In this document: positions 52,991 through 64,000 of the stretch, one piece after another
Layout of the letters: each line of letters opens with the position of its first letter
Numbering within the stretch: position 1 is the stretch's first letter
Source: Octopus vulgaris
Lineage: Eukaryota
DNA: 64,000 bases
NCBI GenBank assembly: GCA_951406725.2
Contig: OX597833.1
Span: forward strand, 72,664,001 to 72,728,000
Direction of reading: 5' to 3'
Notes under the pieces: model-generated
Told to the model about the DNA's origin: nothing
The model's input: only the letters and a program-made list of their open reading frames with translations
Databases searched by the model: none
Translations under genes and position numbers: made by a program

Positions 52991-53126
52991 TTTTACATAA
53001 AAAAAAATATATGGATTTTAAGCGTTTCTCCCTTATCTTTCCTTGATTCCAAATTTAGTTTTCTCATCCTGCTTCGGGACAGCTGAGAAAGCTGTTATAC
53101 GTGTTACGTATCTTATAATGCAATGC

Positions 53127-53204
<78 letters not shown>

Positions 53205-53274
53205 GAATTTTTTGCGTAATGAGATAAAAAAAAAGCCAAGGCTGTATAGATATTAGAGCATTTATAGATAGAAG

Positions 53275-53329
53275 GTCTTACAGCTGTTTCTAGAATATTA
53301 ATTAATAATAATATCCCTTCATCGGAGAC
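53275..53329 (-). ncRNA. Degenerate minimal type-I hammerhead motif in a TA-flanked Penelope-like remnant
   Basis: Minus strand: gtct CCGATGA agggatatt...aatattcta GAAA cagctg TA agac. Perfect 4 bp stem I and palindromic stem III; the core has U4>C. Confidence 0.5.
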
Positions 53330-53804
53330 AGTGTGAGAGGAAAAATTAAGTCATAGTTAGTTTCGATGTGATACAAAATAAAGAGTGAGGTGGAGGAAAG
53401 AAAATGGATGCAAGATATGTATGGGTATTGAAGTTGCAAATCCGTTTTATTGGCATAATGGTATATATGTGTAATATTCCAATATCCTTTGAGTAAAATC
53501 CAAAGTGCAACAGAGTTCAATATGAATCCATCCAGATGTAAAGTTAATTAGCAATATAAATATATGAATATGCATATATTATATATATATATGCATATGT
53601 ATATGTATATGTGTGTGTGTGTGTGTGTTTGTGTGTGTGTATTAAATCAATATACGGCTCTGTACACATACGAAACAGACTTATATAACACGTATAGACA
53701 CACACTTTTATACACCTGTACAATCAAGCATAAACACACCTGTACAGAAACCCCGATAGGCAGTCATTAGCATACGTCATAGATCTCAATAGATATTAGT
53801 GTAC

Positions 53805-53882
53805 CTGTGTATAGACCAGTGGAATGGTTATCCAATCGTAGACGAATAACAGGGAACACTTGTCACGGAAGTCGGACAATTG
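53805..53882 (-). CDS. BEST: Bestrophin exon
   Basis: QLSDFRDKCSLLFVYDWITIPLVYTQ; 78 nt, phase 0-0. Confidence 0.96.
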
Positions 53883-54066
53883 CTGTGTGGAAGAGAAAAA
53901 CAGGGAAAGGAGAAACATCAAGAAAGTAGGAATACTCGGCCATTAAAATAAACAACACACACACACATATTCACACACACACACATACACACATACACAA
54001 ATACAAGCTTATTCACACACACACACACACACACATATGCACACACACAAACACACAGACAAGCAT

Positions 54067-54101
<35 letters not shown>

Positions 54102-54106
54102 TACAA

Positions 54107-54150
<44 letters not shown>

Positions 54151-54356
54151 TCACACACACACACAGACAAGCATATTCACACACACACACACACACAATA
54201 CTTTTGCAAGAAGATTGGTGACCGTAACTTGGACATTTTAGTCTTCTTATCTTCTTAGAGGCCGAAACTTCGAAGTCCCTGTCGTCGCTCCTCATTTTAT
54301 TCTTTTGTTTAGTAAATATGTACTTGACAAAGCAAAAAGTATTGAGAAATTCTTTA

Positions 54357-54752
54357 GCAGGAGTGGCTGTGTGGTAAGTAGCTTGCTTACCAACCACATG
54401 GTTCCGGGTTCAGTCCCACTGCATGGCACCTTGGGCAAGTGTATTCTGCAATAGCCCCGGGCCGACCAATGCCTTGTGAGTGAATTTGGTAGATGGAAAC
54501 TGAAAGAAGCCTGTCGTATATATGTATATATTTATGTGTGTGTGTGTGTGTGTTTGTGTGTCTGTGTTTGTCCCACTAGCATTGCTTGACAACCGATGCT
54601 GGTGTGTTTACGTCCCGTCACTTAGTGGTTCGGCAAAAGAGACCGATAGAATAAGTACTGGGCTTACAAAGAATAAGTCCCGGGGTTGATTTGCTCGACT
54701 AAAGGCGGTGCTCCAGCATGGCCGCAGTCAAATGACTGAAACAAGTAAAAAA
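54357..54752 (+). mobile_element. tRNA-derived SINE, family 2, near full length
   Basis: Matches 12563-12985. Confidence 0.85.
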
Positions 54753-54994
54753 GAGAGTTAGTTTAATGCAATGTGTGAGTGTGTGAGTGTGTGTGAGTGT
54801 GTGTGATGTGTGTGTGTGTGTGTGTGTGTTTGTGTGGTAGTAGATCGTCGTGATTAGATAGGGAAATAGAAAGAGAGAAAGGAAAGAACAATAAAAAAAA
54901 TAAGGAAGGAAGACGGGCAGAAGAAAAAGAAGAGGAGAAAAAAGAAGAACAACAATGGCAAAAAGGAAAGAAGAAAGTGAAGATGAACCATTAC

Positions 54995-55149
54995 CTGTAT
55001 AATCATCCGAAGTCCCCAATCGGATTCGATTCGTTCTTCTCGCCGAGCAGTGACCAATACGTTGTTAGCCCAGGTGAGCGGGACCCAGAATTTGTGGTAC
55101 TTGCATTGAACACTTTCCCATATTTCGACCTCTTCTTTGGTCATGAAAC
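54995..55149 (-). CDS. BEST: Bestrophin exon (cytosolic helices, aperture region)
   Basis: GFMTKEEVEIWESVQCKYHKFWVPLTWANNVLVTARREERIESDWGLRMIIQ; 155 nt, phase 1-0. Confidence 0.96.
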
Positions 55150-55310
55150 CTGTTCATATCGAGATTAAATATGGAGGGAACACGGAGCACTTTTTTTTAC
55201 TTTCGAATATTCAAGTCTATCAACAATGGCCGAACTCTAGCGATGCGCTGATTGTCGATACAATGCAGCCATTTTATGATACCCATATATATAATACACA
55301 CATACACACA

Positions 55311-55346
<36 letters not shown>

Positions 55347-55978
55347 CATACATACATACATATATACATATATACATACATGCATACATACATACATACA
55401 TACATACACATACATACACACACATACATAAAGGCAAATACAGGTACATACATACGCACATATATACATACATACATGCATACATACATACATACACACA
55501 CATACATACATACACACGTACATACATACATACATATATACATACATACATATATACACACATATATACATACATACATACATATATACATACACGCACA
55601 TACATACACACACACACATACAGACACACATGCATATATACAGGCAAATACAGGTACATCAAATACTATACAAAATAAATTCTTAATTTATTAAATTTTT
55701 CTCCGTCTCTCCGGGATGTCATAATTACCAAATGCTAATTAAGAAAAGCCCCACTTAGAAAAGGAAGATAATTTCAAAAATCAAGAATTTTCCCAAATTG
55801 ACGGGTACACACCTACCCATATCTACATACATACACATGCGCGCGCGCGTGTTTGTGTGTGTATTTGAAACAATTTCAGAAACGCATTAGATATTAGCTG
55901 ATGGCTGGCCTAACATTTAATTATCTTTTAGGTAATTGTCTTTGAAAAATTGCTTGTTTGCAACATATATCTGAGAAT

Positions 55979-56066
<88 letters not shown>

Positions 56067-56173
56067 GACAGAGTGATAGAGAGAGAGAGAGAGAACGAGA
56101 CAGAGTGATAGAGAGAGAGAGAGAGAGAACGAGACAGAGTGAGAGAGAGAGAGAGAGAGAGAACGACACAGAG

Positions 56174-56208
<35 letters not shown>

Positions 56209-56647
56209 GAGAACGAGACAGAGTGATAGAGAGAGAGAGAGACAGACAGACAGAGGGAGGGAGAGTAAAAGAATAAAAGAATGATTTAAGGGGAATGGAA
56301 TACTGAGTGTATCAGTCATGTACTGAGGGCGGTTTATTGAAAGGGTGGCGGTGGCACCCAAGCTAGAGACTACAGCAGCGAATCCCGAATGACTTATTTT
56401 AGTACTGCTCGTTATAAGTTAAGCGAAACTGAGGATAAAAACACGAAACCCACTGACCACGATGTTCCCATTGGAAAGGGAAGTAACTCTATGTGTTATT
56501 AGCTTTGTATTCAAAGACGTGATTGTATTGAAGCTTATATTATCTAATATAGGGAGGATGTGATTTTAGGGTGATTTGGCTGCTACTTCTAACCGTAGAG
56601 GGGGCGCTTTGTTTGGCTCGTGTGGACATGCGTACTATTGGAGTTAC

Positions 56648-56814
56648 CTGCATCAATCACGTGTTCCATGGTTGGGAAGCGCTTCATGACGGCTACACTT
56701 ATGGAGCGGCAGATTAGTATAAGACCGAGGATCATGTAACGAGCCAGTGTTCTGCGGAACATCCGGGCCCTTTCATCATGGCCGTGTAGATAGGTAATTG
56801 TCATGAACAGCGTT
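56648..56814 (-). CDS. BEST: Bestrophin exon (RFP motif)
   Basis: TLFMTITYLHGHDERARMFRRTLARYMILGLILICRSISVAVMKRFPTMEHVIDAG; 167 nt, phase 2-1. Confidence 0.97.
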
Positions 56815-57391
56815 CTGAAATTAGCAACATTAATTAAAGAAATAGACAAAATCAGCAATATTAATTAAAGAAACAAACAGAAGATTCAAGAAATCGATCA
56901 ATAAATTCAATTTGTGGATCCATTATTTTCTTTTCTTCTTATTTCTTAGTTTATAAAAAGAAAAACCTCCGAAAACGGTGGCAGGTGAAACAAGGAAGAA
57001 ATCATCGCCAAAATACCGAGAAACACACAGCATCAAAATATCGATTTCTATATCATCAAATGAGATTTATATATCCTCGAACCGGATACCTGGTTGGAAT
57101 TCTTGCAATAGACGGGAGTAGACTCAGCAAAAGGGCCTTAAGCCGGGTGACGGTTTCATGACCGTCGCAGTCCATCTCATAAGCTTCCATACAGGTCTTG
57201 TCCCCTTCAGTTTTCATTCGTTCATTCCCAAGATTTGGGCTGAGACCCGAGACTGTGCCAGAAGAAGCTTTCTCGGGATTCTACGAACGGCTAAGACTGA
57301 GCTTGTTTTATTTATTTCTTTATCGTTTGTTTTACTGGGAATCATAAGGGGATCGAAGTAAGAAGTGAAGGGGTCAAAAGGGAAAACTCAC

Positions 57392-57526
57392 CTGTCTGGC
57401 CAGGGTACATTTATGAACTGTTGCCACCACCTGGCCACCACGATGGACACGTAAAATCCCAAAACAAACGATACGGGTATTAGGTTGGTGTAGCTGCTAC
57501 AATGGATCACTAATCTCTCGAACATA
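57392..57526 (-). CDS. BEST: Bestrophin exon (TM2 pore neck); the upstream first coding exon was not found in the window
   Basis: [45 protein letters not shown]; ttgcAG acceptor and GTGAGT donor, 135 nt, phase 2-2. Confidence 0.97.
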
Positions 57527-57625
57527 CTGCAAGAAGAAAGGGGTCAGGATTAGGATTCGACCGAAAAGAGATCTGCTGGCTCAGAGGTACTGCAGACGGG
57601 CACAGATGCGTCACTGTGTCTGACA

Positions 57626-57685
<60 letters not shown>

Positions 57686-57705
57686 CGCTGCTGCTGCTGC
57701 TGCTG

Positions 57706-57782
<77 letters not shown>

Positions 57783-57959
57783 TTCATTTATTTGCCACAA
57801 GAGCGAAGGATGAGGGGACAATACAGAGACAGGCATAAAGTGTTGGGGTTTACATATAATAATGAAATGATAAAAAAAAGGAAAAACAAAAAGTAAGTAC
57901 ACACTGAAAAAGAAGGGATATATGAATAGCATACAAAAGTTTAAAGAAGTGGGAGGGAG

Positions 57960-59190
57960 GATGATAGAGATGTGGGCCCCTGATACAGGAAGGCCTCTGG
58001 GGGATAATCGAGGAACTCCACCGTCCAAGATCTGCCTGAACACCAAGGTCAAGTGATCCCCTCCCCAATTCCTTCTCTCCAACTCACTGGTCTACACTTA
58101 AAGAGGTACCATCCCCTCTTGCTATTTTCGCAACTTTCTCCCACCTTCCCAAAAACTCACTCGAGGACAGCACTTCCCTCTCCATTCTCAGATTCCTTTT
58201 CAAGTGAAACTTGAAGAAGTCAATGAGAGCTCTGCCGAAGAGAAATGTATCTGTGCTCATGCCTTTCAGCCTTGCCCACCAAACAACCTCTTTTGTCACC
58301 AGGTAAAGGAAAACTGCCTTGCCTGCCCATCTGAAGGAGGGCGACGGTGGTACGATCTTCGACTCGGTCGACAGACGGATCTGTCCCACACGTGACAGCA
58401 GCTGTTCGACATAACCCCACAGGTCAGGAATACCCAGACACTGAACGAAGGCGTGCAGAACGGTTTCGTCACTCTGCGCGCACCTTGGACAAGTCAGTCT
58501 GACAGCACATCCGTGTCTGTAGAGGTCATCTCGAACTGGTAGCACCCCCCGGTAGCACTGCCAGGCCAAGGACAGCTGGAAATTATCCATGATAATTCCC
58601 GACCGGAAAATCCTCCAGAACAGACAAGCTAGTTCGTTTTCGTCGACGCCCAGAGTCTCTCCGAGAACGTCGTCGTACTTTCCCGCCAATAGTCTACTAT
58701 AAATTGCTAAAGCGGAACATCCACCGATCCCATTGCTCGACTGTGAGCACCTGACGACATTCTAGGTACCAGGCGCCCAGTCTCGGTCTTTTCTTCATCC
58801 AGGACTGCAGCTCCGTCAAGGAGACGAGGTGCGGAAAGACGAGCCTCACAAACGGAGCCCACACACACACACCGTCCAGAAATTGTTGCAAGTGGCGTAG
58901 CCTAAGAGCGTGTATGCGTATTAGGAGCCACATCATACCTAATCCGCCATTCAGAGGATGCTGGGAACAGGCTGACCGCCTGACCATTGGAACGCGTCCC
59001 TTCCATAAAAATTTTAATAAGAGACGCTCTCACTTGGTCAACAGTAACCGAGACAAGGCACGACAGTCAGGCGACAAATGAAAGCGGAGGCGATGTGAGC
59101 ATTCGCCACCTCTGCCCGACCTTTCAGGGACAGCTTCCTCTAAGCCCATTTCTGGGTAAGATTGGCAAACCTGCTCGCCACTTCGTCCCA
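57960..59190 (-). mobile_element. L1/Tx1-like LINE ORF2 3' portion
   Basis: AWQCYRGVLPVRDDL...CPRCAQSDETVLHAFVQC (CCHC motif); frameshifted; homologous to 14335-15290. Confidence 0.85.
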
Positions 59191-59204
59191 GCTCTTGTCA
59201 ATCT

Positions 59205-59478
59205 GGAGGTCGGGACCAAACCAGAACCCTTATTCAAGGACCTTTTCAGCGGGATGCGATACTCGACTTGAAGAAAATTCTAACCGGGTCCCACCTGCAA
59301 GGTCATGCTCTGTTTATCTTGATGTGAGCTCATATCAAGATAAACAGCGGTTGACCTTGCATGGTTGTGATGCATGTGCCTGGTGTACCTTTATCAGACA
59401 GGTAGTCGTGATGGCTATACTGGGCTTCGTATATTTTACCCCAGTTTCACTTTGATGGCATGTGCTGCTCTGTCACTC

Positions 59479-59480
<2 letters not shown>
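59205..59480 (+). repeat. Dispersed repeat ending in (TAA)n (other copies 36480-36585 +, 37480-37700 -), here with an internal 66 bp palindrome
   Basis: Shared gcatgtgcctggtgtacc...tcagac...tatactgggcttcgtatat core in all three copies. Confidence 0.7.
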
Positions 59481-59549
<69 letters not shown>

Positions 59550-60320
59550 GTGAACGGAACAAGATCGAAGCTCTCAACACCTGGGCGATTTCACTCCTTA
59601 GATATGAGCAGGGGTAATCACATGGACAGTAGACGAACTAAACAGCTTAGACAGAAAGACAAGGAAGTTGCTAACTAGATACGAGTCACTCCACCCAAAA
59701 TGTCACACAGATAGACTGTATGTACCAAGAAAAAGAGGGGGAAGAGGACTTATTGGATGCGAACACAGCATTAGAGCAGAAGAAAACAATATAGCATGGT
59801 ATGTAAAAAACATTCCACAGAACCGCTATTATTAGAAGTAGGAAGGTCGGGCTTGTGTAGGATGAAAGATTGCAAAGATAAAGCATGATACAAGGAATTG
59901 AAAACGAATGAAACTGAAAATAGGTGGGTAAAGAAAAGAATGCATGGACAATTTCATAGGGGGGTTGAAAACAGACAGAGAAAAAAGATGGCTGTGGATG
60001 ACTAAAAGTGATTTAAAGCCAGAAACGGATGCTCTAATCTGTGCTGCCCAAGAGCAAGCACTAAGAACAAACTACATAAAATACAGAATAGACAACACAT
60101 CAGAAAGTGATAAGTGCAGAATCTGTGGACAAAACGGTGAAACAGTATGGCATATTACAAGCCAATGTACGCTACTAACCCAGAAGGAATATAAGAGACG
60201 CCACGACAATATAGCCAGACTTGGCCATTGGACGCTTTGCAATAAGTATGGACTTGACAGAGCAAAAAATTGGTACGACTACAAACCTGAAAGCATCGTC
60301 GAAAATAGAAATGCAATTTA
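59550..60320 (+). mobile_element. R4/Dong-like LINE fragment following (AAT)n
   Basis: NKIEALNTWAISLLRY...LHPKCHTDRLYVPRKRGGRGL...AAQEQALRTNY...CRICGQNGETVWHITSQC...YKRRHDNIAR. Confidence 0.85.
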
Positions 60321-60322
60321 AC

Positions 60323-60900
60323 CTATCCTTCCATCCAGCACTCTATGATGCTATCGGTTGACGTGGACCTAATGCTCCAGGTGCTCAGCTGCAGGCCCAC
60401 CGACTTCTCCTGGTCAATCTTTGCTCCTGTCACCACTTCATAGTCCCTTAGGGTAGTGCCGATCACCTCAATTTCCGAGATATGTGACACTATTACAGTG
60501 ACATCCTCCGCATAAGCCAACACGACCCTTCTGCATCCAAGTTCATGCAGGATGCTTCTTGAAACATCCAGATTCCAAAGTAATGGCTCCAGAGCCAGCA
60601 CATGCAGAAGAGGTGAGAGTCAGTAACATTGACAGACTGAACATGCAATGCTAAACGATTCCGGTAGGTGGCCGTTTACTTTGACCATCGAATAGATGTC
60701 GCTGTACATTGCAGCGATCCAGCCATGGAAAACGGACCAGAAACTGGCTGCCGCGAAGACAGCCTCCACGTATTGGCGGTCGACCCCATCAAAAACTTTT
60801 GATTGATCCAAATTGATCTGGGCTCCGCCCATGCCAGGTTCCTTACCCATCCTCTCGATGATGTAACGCGTGAGGTAGAGATTGTCGTGGAAGGAACGAC
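60323..60900 (-). mobile_element. L1/Tx1-like LINE RT core fragment
   Basis: INLDQSKVFDGVD...VCQC..LSPLL.VLALEPLL...LAYAEDVT...GAKIDQEKS. Probably the upstream part of the 57960-59190 element. Confidence 0.8.
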
Positions 60901-61211
60901 AAACACAGGAACAAACTGCAAACGAAGTACAACTGAAGAGGCAAAGGACTGCAAATAAATGTAGAGCCAGGTAAAAAAGAAAAAAAATCAGTATCTTCGC
61001 CACTCTGACCCCTCCCCCCACGACATAATGGTAACAGTCCCTGCACTATTGTGATCCGGCCATCACCGGTTCGTTCGAAAAGGGTGCAAAACGGAGAAGT
61101 ATTTAATTTCCAAATTTAACTTGTTCAGGCGTCAGAAATTCTAACAGAAAATTCGAAACTTCCGGTTTGGTTCTTTGAAGAACAAATCTCAGTAAGACAC
61201 GAAAAATATTA

Positions 61212-61250
<39 letters not shown>

Positions 61251-61682
61251 GTAATAAAAATATCAGGAACTATGTAGACCAAATAGTAGCGCAACGGTGA
61301 AACAATAACAAGATCTTGAAAGCGTCAAATTGAAACTCATAAAAGTGCTCCGCTGTTGGTAAAGACATAAAACATAGATTTAACCAGCCTAGGGAGGAGA
61401 GAGAGAGGGGGAGAGAGAGAGAGATGAAAGAGACAGTGAGTAAGAGAGAGACAGAGGGGGGATAAAAGAGGTAGTGAGTGAGTGTGTGAGAAAGAGAGAG
61501 AGGGAGAGAGAGGGCCAGAGGTGTGATTCTCCACAACAACCTCCTTTATTTGTTTCCTTCTCTGCTTCACACAAAATCCTCGCCGTTTCCTGTTGATGGC
61601 CGTCATTTTATTACTTGTCACTTGTCGTTTTTGTCGTTCAAATTTAATTTAGTTTAAATTGGTTAAATATATATATATACAT

Positions 61683-61857
<175 letters not shown>

Positions 61858-62164
61858 CACACACATATATATGTACACACACATACATACATGTATTTGA
61901 ACTCAACGCATTGAGTCCTTATTTCTCTCGTTTCTTACATCAAACCTCCTTACAAAAAAACATACACAAACGCATGCAAAACACAAATATGTATAATTGC
62001 AAACACGTTGCGAATCAAATCATTGCAGATGCATCAAATTTATTAGATATAATAGTCTGGGTATGGAATACAAAATACGTATGTGGTAAGTAGCTTGCAT
62101 CCCAACCTCATGGTACCGGGTTCAGTCCTGCTGCATGGCACCTCGGCCAAGTGTCTTCTACTAA

Positions 62165-63162
62165 TAAATAATCAGCAAGATGTTCAAAACCATCCTTAAG
62201 AAAAGTATGATGCTCCACCTCCAAAACACAGCCTCTATCTCTGATTCCCAACACGGCTTCGTGCCGAAGAGATCATGCTTGACCAACTTACTGGTAATGG
62301 AAGAATTGGTGACGCGCATCCTCGATGATAGTGATGATGTTGACATCGTTTTATTGGACTTTGCCAAAGCTTTTGACTCGGTAAACCACCGCCTATTACT
62401 TGTCAAGCTTCAAGCATATAGTTTCCATCCGGATATTGTACTATGGGTTGGTGCCTTCCTCTCAGATCGCTCCTTCCAAGTCCAAGTTAATGGTTCGCGG
62501 TCCGACGTCTCCAGTGCGAGCAGTGGCGTGCCTCAAGGTTCAGTGCTTGGGCCCTTATTGTTCTTAGTCTTCATAAATGACTTGCCCGACGACCTCACGC
62601 AACACACCTTTCTATTTGCCGACGATGTCAAACTGGTCGCTCCTCGCGGTGATATAGAGGATCTTCGTCGATGCCTCCACCAAATTTGGAGATGGTCTAA
62701 CGAATGGGACCTGTGTTTGAACGTGTCAAAGTGCTGTCATCTGCCTGCTGGCTCTCCTCCTGCAACTCAACTGGATTTCGAGCCGGGTCGTCTGCTGCTG
62801 AAGAGGACCGATCAGGTAAAGGACCTGGGTATCTTGGTGGATTTCTCCTTTTCGCCTTCGACCCAGTGCGTCCATGCTGCCAACAAAGCACGCGGAATTC
62901 TGTTCTTGATTCGACGGTCATTCGGAATGCTCACAGCAGCCATATTCCTACCGCTCTATGTCACGCTGGTGAGACCCACATTGGAGTACGGGATTCAAGC
63001 CTCTTCTCCTTATCTCCTCAAAGACATACAGCATCTCGAAAGAGTCCAGAAGCTGGCTACCCGCATGGTTCTTGGTCTCAAGAATTTGTCTTATGAAGAA
63101 AGGCTGAAGACGCTCGACCTTTATTCTCTAGAAAAACGATGATGCCGTGGAGATCTCATTCT
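62165..63162 (+). mobile_element. CR1/L2-group LINE reverse transcriptase fragment (open 320 aa frame, 62180-63142) embedded in a SINE
   Basis: QHGFVPKRSCLTNL, DFAKAFDSV, GVPQGSVLGPLLF, FADD, KDLGI, LERVQKLATRMV. Flanked by SINE family 2 head (62077-62163) and tail (63166-63215). Confidence 0.92.
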
Positions 63163-63237
63163 TGCTCCAGCATGGCCACAGTCACATGACTGAAACAAGT
63201 AAAAGAGTAAAAGAGTAATATATATATATATATATAC

Positions 63238-63630
63238 AAATAAAAATTCAGAAAATGGCGCTGTGGCGTTCATATAATTTATTAACTGCAAAAATTCAAC
63301 AAATTCCTTTACAGCTGTTTCAGATTTCCTCAAAGATTAAATTCCAGTAATTAAATCATTGTATCGGGCAAAATCTCAGCAGAGGAGTAGAAAAGACATA
63401 CCGTCAGGTTATTGGGTGTTGTTTGGAAATCATCTCAACAGATAATTTGGAAGCATAATACCCAATGACTTTTCTCCTTCTCTGATGAGATTTTGCCCAA
63501 TACAATGATTTAATTACTGGAATTTAATTCTTTTGGGCAAAATCTAAATAGCTATAAGTGAACGCGTTGAATTTTTGCAGTTGATAAATTATATTAACGC
63601 TATTTCTCCATTTTCTGGATTTTAATTTGA
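63238..63630. repeat. Imperfect long inverted repeat (~150 bp arms) with degenerate hammerhead motifs in each arm
   Basis: attccagtaattaaatcattgtat.gggcaaaatctca.caga pairs with tctgatgagattttgcccaatacaatgatttaattactggaat. The minus strand of the left arm reads ctgctga...gaaacagctgta. Confidence 0.8.
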
Positions 63631-63734
63631 ATATTTATAACCAAGATTTATATTTAAATCTATTATTTTGGGTAAATTACTATTCGCAATAGAATAATAA
63701 TTAACAAATCAGTGAGGCTCGCTGCCTCAACAAG

Positions 63735-63765
<31 letters not shown>

Positions 63766-63824
63766 CCACCACCACCACCAACACCAACAACAACAACAAC
63801 AACCACAACAACAACAACAACAAC

Positions 63825-63881
<57 letters not shown>

Positions 63882-63882
<1 letters not shown>

Positions 63883-64000
63883 TGAACATAAACCCGAAAG
63901 CATAATCGAAAATGATAATGCAAAGATCCTATGGGATTTTATGATTCAGTGTGACCATGAGATAGAGAATAGGAAGCCGGACATGGTGTTGAGAAAGAAA
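63882..64000 (+). mobile_element. R4/Dong-like LINE endonuclease fragment after (AAT)n, runs off the window
   Basis: YEHKPESIIENDNAKILWDFMIQCDHEIENRKPDMVLRK contains the ILWDF and RKPD motifs of the restriction-like endonuclease. Confidence 0.8.

Noticed and set aside
61103-61400. Candidate first coding exon of bestrophin (…EFLTPEQ…)
   Set aside because: No MTVTY or W(K/R)GSIYK motif, and no phase-2 donor to match the 57526 acceptor. The true exon probably lies beyond 64000.
62180-63142. Host (domesticated) reverse transcriptase gene
   Set aside because: It is a truncated CR1-type RT with no endonuclease or promoter context, and is bounded by SINE pieces.

Overview
Eukaryotic genomic DNA, very rich in microsatellites and SINEs/LINEs, and in repeat style most like an octopus or other coleoid cephalopod (inference). 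Three protein-coding loci are supported. (1) A minus-strand, multi-exon secreted protein at 338-2960, running off the left edge: signal peptide, a lysozyme/lytic-transglycosylase-like domain (ES...GIWQI...DLMKPLYSG motifs), then a MIDAS-containing VWA domain. (2) An uninterrupted 790-codon plus-strand ORF (16360-18732) with no domain I recognise, lying between two inverted copies of a ~650 bp segment. (3) A minus-strand bestrophin Ca2+-activated anion channel gene, with phase-consistent exons from 57526 down to 34277 (possibly 29435). Its first coding exon was not found and probably lies beyond the right edge. It has a ~650 aa low-complexity tail and Trp at the position aligning to the channel aperture. 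The rest is decayed mobile DNA: RTE, L1/Tx1, R4/Dong and CR1-type LINE pieces, a full-length mariner with TIRs, maT-like and hAT fragments, a non-autonomous Helitron, MITEs and tRNA-derived SINEs. Several TA-flanked fold-back elements and one tRNA-headed SINE carry minimal type-I hammerhead ribozyme motifs. All calls were made by eye, without database searches.
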